Source: Dehalococcoidia bacterium (GTDB taxonomy: Bacteria; Chloroflexota; Dehalococcoidia; Plut-88900). Taken from it: a stretch of DNA of 64,000 bases. A program made the translations under genes and the position numbers. Numbering within the stretch: the stretch's first letter is position 1; each line of letters begins with the position of its first letter. Of this stretch, positions 56,788-64,000 are shown one piece after another. The notes beneath the pieces were generated by a model, which was given only the letters and a program-made list of their open reading frames with translations, did not search any database and was not told the origin of the DNA. The stretch is taken from contig CBDBLV010000005.1 in assembly GCA_965207225.1 (NCBI GenBank), positions 1,600,001 to 1,664,000 of the forward strand, given 5' to 3'.

Positions 56788-59436
56788 ATGCTTAAATGGT
56801 TGTCAAAACTGGCAGGGGACAGCAACGAGGCGGACTTACGAAGATTTCAGCCGGTGGTGGAGGCGATCAACGGGCTTGAGCCCGAGCTAGAGAGCCTGGA
56901 AGACCACCAGCTGAAGGCTAAAACGGAAGAGTTCAGGGCCCGCCTTGAGGAAGGGGAGTCCCTGGACTTTTTGCTTCCCGAGGCCTTTGCGCTGGTAAGG
57001 GAAGCGGCCAAGCGCACCCTGGGACAGCGTCACTTCGACGTGCAGCTGATGGGCGGTATGGCGTTGCACGCCGGCAAGATCGCCGAGATGAAGACGGGCG
57101 AGGGGAAGACTCTGGTGTCGACGCTGGCGGCATACCTGAACGCACTAGAGGGGAGGGGTGTCCACTTAGTCACGGTGAACGACTACCTGGCGCGTAGGGA
57201 CTGCCAGTGGATGGGCCCGATTTATCACCTATTGGGCCTGACGGTGTGCTGCCTTCAGCATGAGAATGCCTTCCAGTTTTCGCCGGGCTCAGGGGAAGGG
57301 GCGTACGAGAGTCTGGAGTCGGTAGCAAGGCGAGACGCCTACGGCGCCGACATAACATACGGGACCAACAACGAATTCGGGTTTGACTACCTGCGGGACA
57401 ACATGGCCGGAGACCTATCGCGGACGGTGCAGGGGGAGCGGGCCTACGCGATCGTCGACGAGGTGGACAACATCCTGATAGACGAGGCCCGAACACCCCT
57501 GATCATAAGCGGACAGGCGGACGAGTCGACGAAGCTGTACACGACCTTCGCTCAGCTGGCGCCGCGGCTCAAGCGGGAGTCGGACTATACGGTTGACGAG
57601 CAGCACAAGTCGGTGGCGCTCACGCCGGTCGGGTATGCCAAGGTCGAGAGAGCCCTGAACATCGACAACCTGTACGACCCGAAGTACTACGCCCTGACTC
57701 ACTACCTGGACAACGCGCTGAAGGCGCACGTCTTCTTCGTGCGGGACAAGGACTACGTGGTGAGGGACGGGGAGGCGACGATAGTAGACGAGTTCACGGG
57801 CAGGATGATGCCTGGGAGACGGTACTCGGACGGGCTTCACCAGGCGATAGAAGCCAAGGAGAAGCTGGAGATCCGTCGGGAGAGCGTGACCCTGGCCAGC
57901 ATCACCCTACAGAACTACTTCCGGCTGTACGAGAAGCTGTCCGGTATGACGGGAACGGCGATCACCGAGGCGGAGGAGTTCTACAAGATATACAAGCTGG
58001 ACGTGGTGGTAATTCCGACCCATAAGGAGATGATCAGGGACGACATGGCGGACCTGATCTTCAAGTCGGAGAAGGGTAAGTTCGATGCGCTGGTGTCGGA
58101 CCTGAAGGAGCTCAATGAGTTGGGGAGGCCGGTGCTAGTCGGCACTACTTCGGTTGAGAAATCGGAGGGCCTTAGCCAGAAGCTGATGCGGTCAGGAATA
58201 CGGCACGAGGTGTTGAATGCCAAGCACCACGAACGGGAGGCGGGGATAGTGTCGCAGGCGGGCCGGATTGGGGCGGTGACGGTGGCGACTAACATGGCAG
58301 GCCGGGGGACTGACATCATTCTCGGGGGGAACCCCGAGGGCCGGAACGAGGGCGAATGGGAGGAGGAACACCGCAAAGTCGTGGAGATGGGTGGGCTGCA
58401 CATAATCGGGACGGACAGGCACGAGTCGCGAAGGATAGACAACCAGCTGAGGGGTCGGGCGGGGCGGCAAGGGGACCCGGGGAGCAGCCGGTTCTACATC
58501 TCGGTGGAAGACGAACTGATGCGCCGGTTCGGGGGGGACAAGATAAAGACGGTGATGGGATGGGCGGGGCTGGATGAGTCGACGCCCATGGAGCATTCGT
58601 GGATCACGAAGTCGGTGGAGAATGCCCAGAAGAAAGTAGAGGGCATCAACTTCGACATCCGCAAACGGCTGGTCGAATACGACGACGTGGCGAACAACCA
58701 GAGGGACGTCATATATGAACAGAGACGGAAGGTGCTGGAGGGTGAAGACGTAAACGAGGTCATACAAGGCATGGTAGAGGCGGAGATCACGGAGACGGTA
58801 TACCGCCACCTGAAGGACGAACACGGGGACGAATGGGACCTGGAAGGGCTGCTGCCGGCGATAGAGTTGCTACTTCCCCTGCCCCCGGATGCCGACACTG
58901 GGGAATTGGGGCAGCTCCATCGGGACGAGGTGGTGAGCTTCTTCCTCGAGCATGCCGACAAGCGATACAAGGACATTGCGGACAAGCTGGGAGAGCAGGG
59001 TATGCGGGCCCTGGAGCGGCACGTGATGCTCAGGACTATCGATACGCACTGGATGGACCACCTGACGGCGATGGAGAATTCGCGGCAGAGCATAGGGCTG
59101 GAAGCCTACGGGCAGAGGGACCCGCTGGTAGCGTACAAGCGGCGCAGTCACTTGATGTTCGAAGAGCTCACGGCAAGGATCCGGATGGGGATAGTGCGCA
59201 CGCTGTTCAGAGTCGACGTTCGGGAGCGGGCGAGGGCGCAAGTTACCGCCGCACCAGCGACGACCTCCAACGGGCATGGGCAGGCGAATGGAGCCACGGC
59301 AAGTGCATCAAGGGCCGCGGGCCAAGGGAAGGTGAGGTCGAGGGACAAGGCGAAGGCCGTGGTGGGTAAGGTCGGGAGGAATGCGCCGTGCCCCTGCGGA
59401 AGCGGCCAGAAGTACAAGCGATGCCACGGGGCCTGA
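56788..59436 (+). CDS. secA: Preprotein translocase ATPase SecA
   Basis: [51 protein letters not shown]. Confidence 0.99.
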   Translation: MLKWLSKLAGDSNEADLRRFQPVVEAINGLEPELESLEDHQLKAKTEEFRARLEEGESLDFLLPEAFALVREAAKRTLGQRHFDVQLMGGMALHAGKIAEMKTGEGKTLVSTLAAYLNALEGRGVHLVTVNDYLARRDCQWMGPIYHLLGLTVCCLQHENAFQFSPGSGEGAYESLESVARRDAYGADITYGTNNEFGFDYLRDNMAGDLSRTVQGERAYAIVDEVDNILIDEARTPLIISGQADESTKLYTTFAQLAPRLKRESDYTVDEQHKSVALTPVGYAKVERALNIDNLYDPKYYALTHYLDNALKAHVFFVRDKDYVVRDGEATIVDEFTGRMMPGRRYSDGLHQAIEAKEKLEIRRESVTLASITLQNYFRLYEKLSGMTGTAITEAEEFYKIYKLDVVVIPTHKEMIRDDMADLIFKSEKGKFDALVSDLKELNELGRPVLVGTTSVEKSEGLSQKLMRSGIRHEVLNAKHHEREAGIVSQAGRIGAVTVATNMAGRGTDIILGGNPEGRNEGEWEEEHRKVVEMGGLHIIGTDRHESRRIDNQLRGRAGRQGDPGSSRFYISVEDELMRRFGGDKIKTVMGWAGLDESTPMEHSWITKSVENAQKKVEGINFDIRKRLVEYDDVANNQRDVIYEQRRKVLEGEDVNEVIQGMVEAEITETVYRHLKDEHGDEWDLEGLLPAIELLLPLPPDADTGELGQLHRDEVVSFFLEHADKRYKDIADKLGEQGMRALERHVMLRTIDTHWMDHLTAMENSRQSIGLEAYGQRDPLVAYKRRSHLMFEELTARIRMGIVRTLFRVDVRERARAQVTAAPATTSNGHGQANGATASASRAAGQGKVRSRDKAKAVVGKVGRNAPCPCGSGQKYKRCHGA

Positions 59437-59442
59437 AGAGAC

Positions 59443-61188
59443 ATGGACAACGGCCAGATAGCAGCAATCTTCAACAACATCGGCGACCTTCTTGATCTGA
59501 AGGGCGAGGTGGTCTTCAAGACGCGCGCCTACAAGAAGGCGGCAAGGGCCATAGAGCACCATCCGACGGAGCTTTCGAGGATCTATCGGGAAGAGGGAGA
59601 GGAGGGGTTGAGCAAGGTCCCGAGTGTCGGGTCGGCGATTAACAAGAAGGTGCAGGAACTGCTTTCGACGGGAAAGCTGGAGTACTACGAGAAGCTGAAA
59701 GCGGAGTTCCCGGATGGCGTGGTGGAACTGAAGGACGTTCCGGGTGTCGGGCCGAAGACGGCGTTGAAGATAAGTCGGGACCTGGGGGTGAGGGACCTGG
59801 CGGGGCTGGAAGCGGCGTTGAAGGAAGGGGCGGTGGCGGCATTGCCGGGCCTGGGGGAGAAGGCGGCGGCAAACATATTGCGGCACCTGCAGACTCTGAG
59901 GACGAAGGACAGGCGGATCTCCCTGGGTCGGGCGATTTCGGTGTACGGAGATGTGGCGTCGGCATTGAGAGGCGTTCCGGGGCTGCACAGGCTGGAGGCG
60001 GCGGGGAGTCTACGGAGGCGTCGGGAGACGATTGGTGATATCGACTTGATGGGTACGGCGGAGGACCCGGAGCCCGTGCTTCGGGCGCTTACGGAATTGC
60101 CACAGGTGGCGGAGGTGCTGGTGCACGGGCCGAAGAAGGTGAGCGTTCTGCTGGATAGGGGAATCCAGGTAGACCTGAGGATAGTCGAAGAGAAGGTGTA
60201 TGGGTCGTTGATCCAGTATTTCACGGGGAGCCAGCAGCACAATGTCCTGCTCCGTGAGAGGGCCCGACGCCAGGGCCTAAGCATCAACGAGTATGGGATC
60301 ACGAATCTGGAGTCGGGGGAGGTGGAGGAGTTTGCGGACGAGGAGTCGCTGTATGAACGGCTGGGTTTGCAGTACATCCCGCCGGAGCTCCGGGAGGGCC
60401 AGCACGAGATTGAGAGGGCGGCGGAGGGATCGATTCCGACATTGGTGGAGACCGGTAACATCAGGGGAGACCTGCACGCGCACACGAACGAGAGCGACGG
60501 TCGGGACACGCTGATGGAAATGGCGCTGGCGGCCCGGGAGGTGGGACTGGAATACCTGGCTATCACGGACCACTCATCGGGGCGGGGGATTGCGAACGGG
60601 CTGAGCAACGAGCGGCTGCTGGAGCACATCGCCAATATCAGGGCGCTGAACGAGGACCTGGACGGGATAGAGTTCTTGACAGGTTCCGAGGTGGACATAA
60701 GGTCGGATGGGAGCCTTGATTACCCGGATGAAATTCTGGACCAGTTGGATGTGGTAGTGGCGTCGGTGCATTCGGCGATGGGGCAGGCGGAGGACGTGAT
60801 GACGGAGCGGATCATCAAGGCTATGCGGAACCCGAGGGTCCACGTTCTCGGGCACCCGACGTGTCGTTTAATCGGGGAGCGGGAGCCGGTGCAGATGGAC
60901 GTGGAGGCGATACTACAGGCGGCTCGGGAGACGGGAACGGTGATGGAGATAGACGCACAGCCCGGTCGGCTTGACCTGAAGGACAAGCATATTCACAGGG
61001 CTCGGGAGTTGGGGGTGGGGCTGGTCATTGACTCGGACTCCCATGCGACGGAGCAATTCGGGAACATCGGGCTGGGGGTGTCGATGGCGAGGCGGGGGTG
61101 GTGCGAGGCGAAGGATATTCTGAACACGTTGCCTCTGGAAGAGTTCAGGGCTGCATTGAAGAGCAGAAGGGCGGCGAGGGTCGGGTGA
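59443..61188 (+). CDS. polX: DNA polymerase X / PHP-domain exonuclease
   Basis: AGSLRR..GDIDL, YFTGS, GDLHAHT, TDHS, DSDSH. Confidence 0.96.
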   Translation: MDNGQIAAIFNNIGDLLDLKGEVVFKTRAYKKAARAIEHHPTELSRIYREEGEEGLSKVPSVGSAINKKVQELLSTGKLEYYEKLKAEFPDGVVELKDVPGVGPKTALKISRDLGVRDLAGLEAALKEGAVAALPGLGEKAAANILRHLQTLRTKDRRISLGRAISVYGDVASALRGVPGLHRLEAAGSLRRRRETIGDIDLMGTAEDPEPVLRALTELPQVAEVLVHGPKKVSVLLDRGIQVDLRIVEEKVYGSLIQYFTGSQQHNVLLRERARRQGLSINEYGITNLESGEVEEFADEESLYERLGLQYIPPELREGQHEIERAAEGSIPTLVETGNIRGDLHAHTNESDGRDTLMEMALAAREVGLEYLAITDHSSGRGIANGLSNERLLEHIANIRALNEDLDGIEFLTGSEVDIRSDGSLDYPDEILDQLDVVVASVHSAMGQAEDVMTERIIKAMRNPRVHVLGHPTCRLIGEREPVQMDVEAILQAARETGTVMEIDAQPGRLDLKDKHIHRARELGVGLVIDSDSHATEQFGNIGLGVSMARRGWCEAKDILNTLPLEEFRAALKSRRAARVG

Positions 61189-61967
61189 CGACGGTAGGCG
61201 ACAACGAACGAGTTGCGGCCGACGATCTTGAGGGCGAGGACATTGGGTCGCCGTTCAATGGGTCGGGGATGTCAGAGGAGGGAGTGCTGGCAGCGGAGGG
61301 TGCCATAGCGCACCTGCGGGAGTCGATAGCAGGAGGAAAGCACTGGTACCCGTCACTGTTGGAGGCGATTGGGATGTGGGCGGCGCCGGAGGAGGTGTAC
61401 CGGGGTGAGCCGCTGTGCTACCTGATAGCAGGAGAAGCGTTTGACTGGCTGCTCCTAGCCCGACGCCTTTGCGACAGTGTGAACGGCGTGATCCCCCAAG
61501 GAGAGATGAGAAGACTCCTGGAAAATGGCCAGGCTCCCGTAGATATCAGCGATGAGGAGTTCAAGAGGCTGGTGGGCGGGCAGAAGCACGGGGCGTTGCT
61601 GAACTACTGGTACGGCGTCGAGGTGGAGGGAGCGCTGGTTGAGGCGTTGGGGCAGTCGATCAGAAAGGAACGGACGGCTGCTGGGCTGGCCTCCAAGAGG
61701 GATGTGTCCGACCTGGCCTTTAAGAGGGCTTACGGGAGCAGCAGGGCGGCGCTGCTGGAAGAGTTCGGGAGGGGTCGGGAGGGGGGCGTTGGGGACAAGC
61801 TGTCGGGGACGGAGGCCAAGGAGTTCATCTACTGGCTGTTCAAGTACAGGCTGGCGAACCATGACAAGGCGAAGGTGGCGAGTGATACGAAGCGGGGGTT
61901 GCAGTACCTGAACAGGAAAGCTGCGAAGAGGACGGCGGCGCGGGCAGCGTCGAGCGCTAGGCGTTAG
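61185..61967 (+). CDS. Hypothetical protein coupled to polX
   Basis: GTGA overlap with the polX stop; motifs YLIAGEAFDWLLLA, LNYWYG, KVASDTKRGL. Confidence 0.75.
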   Translation: MTTVGDNERVAADDLEGEDIGSPFNGSGMSEEGVLAAEGAIAHLRESIAGGKHWYPSLLEAIGMWAAPEEVYRGEPLCYLIAGEAFDWLLLARRLCDSVNGVIPQGEMRRLLENGQAPVDISDEEFKRLVGGQKHGALLNYWYGVEVEGALVEALGQSIRKERTAAGLASKRDVSDLAFKRAYGSSRAALLEEFGRGREGGVGDKLSGTEAKEFIYWLFKYRLANHDKAKVASDTKRGLQYLNRKAAKRTAARAASSARR

Positions 61968-62707
61968 CGGCCTCTTCCACTGCGGATCTTTTCGGCGTTC
62001 TTCAGGGCCTCCCGGCGACTTAATGGGCTGATCCTGTCTTCATTGCGGGCTATGTAAGCCTCCACGGTGTCGAGGTCGGTCCAGGCGAGGGAGCGTAGGG
62101 CCCAGCCGATGCCCTTGCGGATGAAGAAGTCGGGGTCCGGGAGGTTGGGGTCTATGCAGTCGAAGAGGAGGGAGAGGTCAGTCTGATCCTTGCGGTTGAG
62201 CTGGCAGATGATGGAGGAGCGTCGTTTCCACTTGTCGGGGTCACGGCTCCAGGAGCGCATTTCACGGGCCATCTCCTCGGGATATTGCTCCAGGAGTTCA
62301 CGGAGTCGGTGGGAGGCTATGCCGTCGACGTAGTCCCACCAGGCTCCGGTAACTACAAGCTCTTCGAAGAGGGGAAGGGTGTCCAGGGTGCGGAAGGGCT
62401 CGTAGGGCTTGGCTCCGGCAAGCTCCAGGGCGGCGTATCGCTCTTCCCGGTACTCGGCGTTTCTCCATAAGTCCAGGAGGGCATTCTGCCAGACGCCCTT
62501 GTCGTCGATGGGATGTTTGCGGAAGAGGTCTTTACAGAGACGGCGGAGGAGGGGCGTCTGGACGCCGCGGTAGGGCATCTCCGACTTCATGTAGCGCTTC
62601 ATGCCCTCGGCCTTGGTCGGGTCAGCGTTGTCGGTGAGGGCTTGGTGGAGGGCGGTGACTAAGGGGTGGGGATGGGATGGTAGGCTATGAGGTTGGTGAG
62701 TGGGCAA
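61964..62707 (-). CDS. DNA alkylation repair protein (AlkD-like); start uncertain
   Basis: YMKSEMPYRGV, REERYAA, WWDYVD, FFIRKGIGWALR, LSRREALK. Confidence 0.9.
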   Translation of the reverse strand: MPTHQPHSLPSHPHPLVTALHQALTDNADPTKAEGMKRYMKSEMPYRGVQTPLLRRLCKDLFRKHPIDDKGVWQNALLDLWRNAEYREERYAALELAGAKPYEPFRTLDTLPLFEELVVTGAWWDYVDGIASHRLRELLEQYPEEMAREMRSWSRDPDKWKRRSSIICQLNRKDQTDLSLLFDCIDPNLPDPDFFIRKGIGWALRSLAWTDLDTVEAYIARNEDRISPLSRREALKNAEKIRSGRGR

Positions 62708-62840
62708 GTCCTAGACTCCTCGCGGGGCCTCGGAATGACAGGGGAGGGGGTTGGGTGGGGTCAGATGAAGTTGCAGAATCATGGGGCGTGGGCCACCCGT
62801 CAGCTCGACCCTTCGATTTTCTTCAGGATGAGCGGCCCTG
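62696..62840. repeat. X and Y-like repeats
   Basis: GTGAGTGGGCAAGTCCTAGACTCCTCGCGGGGCCTCGGAATGACAG closely matches the reverse complement of 16755-16800; CTTCGA..TCAGGATGAGCGGCCC near 62811. Confidence 0.8.
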
Positions 62841-62902
62841 CCCCGGAGACGGGGAGCGGGAAATCGTGTATGGATAGGCCTGGCAACTGTAGAAGCGGGC
62901 GG

Positions 62903-63970
62903 CTAGTTTGCGGAGGGGAGGCCGTACATGCGGCGGGTGTTGTCGGCGAGGATGCCTTTCTTGGCGCTGAAGCTGAGGTCTTCGCGGGTCCAGAACTGCA
63001 TTACATTGTCGGGGTATTCGTTGTCCCAGTGGGGCCAGTCTGAGGCGTAGAAAAGGGCGTTTTCGCCGAGGATGTCTACGACCTGGGGGATGAGGTCTTC
63101 CGAGGGCTCGGCGTGGAAGAAGACGTTGTCGGACTTGATGTACTCGCTGGGAGGGTTCTTGCAGTCGACGGCTTCCCGGTGGCCTCGCTTCTCCCACTCC
63201 TCGTCCATGCGGTTCATGAAGAAGGGCACCCAGGTGCAGCCCGTCTCCAGGTAGCCTACCCTAAGATTGGGGAACCTTTCGAAGATGCCCTCGTAGGTCA
63301 TGTGGACAAGCTGGAGCATGTTGGACATGGGGAAGGAGGCGGTGTGCTTCTGGATGAACTTGTTGAAGCGCATGTATTCGGGGGTGCTGCCGTGGACGGC
63401 GACCAGGCAGTCGAGGCTCTGGGCCTCTTCGTAGAAGGGGTCGTACATCCTGGCCCCGAGACCACCGAAGCCGTGGGCCGGAACCGTCACCCCGGAGAAG
63501 CCGAGCTCGGTGATGGTGCGCTTCATCTCCTTGATAGACGAGTCTACGTCGAGCAAAGGCATGAGGGAGACGGCCCTGAGCCGGGGACTTACCGAGAGCC
63601 ACTCGTCGGCGAGGTAGGAGTTGTAGGCGCGGCAAAGGGCGGACATGTAGTCGGGATCGAAGATGTCGCCGTAACCGAGGAGGTTGGTCGGGAAGAGGAC
63701 GGTGGTGTCCATGTTGCCCCATTCGAGGGCCTCGATCCAGTCGCTGGGGAATGGGTAGCCCGCTGGCCCGACGCTGCCCTTGGTGCCGCCCATTGTCGTA
63801 TCGACGAAGCTCTGCCCGCTGAGGCTGCTGGCATGGCCGACGCGGCCCTGCTTGTCGGGGATGCCCTGCCAGAGGTTGGCGTTGTACGGGGCCTCCATGT
63901 AGTCCCGGATGCGGGTAGTGTCCTCCGCGATGTGACCATCGGCGTCCATGACCTTAAAGGGCAGTTCCAT
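62903..63970 (-). CDS. Amidohydrolase_2 family protein
   Basis: DADGH, LFPT, AYNSYL, VAVHG, GIFERFPNLRVGYLETG, YASDWPHWD; GGAGGAGG RBS. Confidence 0.92.
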   Translation of the reverse strand: MELPFKVMDADGHIAEDTTRIRDYMEAPYNANLWQGIPDKQGRVGHASSLSGQSFVDTTMGGTKGSVGPAGYPFPSDWIEALEWGNMDTTVLFPTNLLGYGDIFDPDYMSALCRAYNSYLADEWLSVSPRLRAVSLMPLLDVDSSIKEMKRTITELGFSGVTVPAHGFGGLGARMYDPFYEEAQSLDCLVAVHGSTPEYMRFNKFIQKHTASFPMSNMLQLVHMTYEGIFERFPNLRVGYLETGCTWVPFFMNRMDEEWEKRGHREAVDCKNPPSEYIKSDNVFFHAEPSEDLIPQVVDILGENALFYASDWPHWDNEYPDNVMQFWTREDLSFSAKKGILADNTRRMYGLPSAN

Positions 63971-64000
63971 GATCGACCTCCTCCACTAAAGTCACCTGAG

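Overview
High-GC bacterial chromosomal window. The gene content (5 family-III CoA-transferases, 3 luciferase-like monooxygenases, 3 amidohydrolases, enoyl-CoA hydratases) suggests Chloroflexota, probably Dehalococcoidia/SAR202-like; this is an inference. The left part (1-36 kb) is mostly catabolic accessory genes. The right part carries alaS-ruvX-aroE-aroC-aroKB-ggt, thrC-like/NIL/MoaD, hsp20 divergent from dnaJ-hspR-clpC, and prs-secA-polX. The most notable locus is a five-gene ureohydrolase (arginase/agmatinase fold) array at 30.2-35.9 kb. Only two of its paralogs keep the full dimetal motif, and each follows a motif-degenerate partner, an architecture like the heteromeric metformin hydrolase MfmAB; two small related membrane ORFs sit in the middle. 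Intergenic regions hold several dispersed palindromic repeat families and promoter-bearing structured non-coding segments: a homologous pair at 17.0 and 26.0 kb, a tandem covarying pseudoknot at 25.55 kb, and a ~500-nt multibranch segment at 54.9-55.4 kb. There is also a phage terminase relic and a frameshifted chlorite-dismutase-family gene. No rRNA, tRNA, CRISPR array or intact transposase was recognised. All calls were made by eye from the sequence and ORF track.
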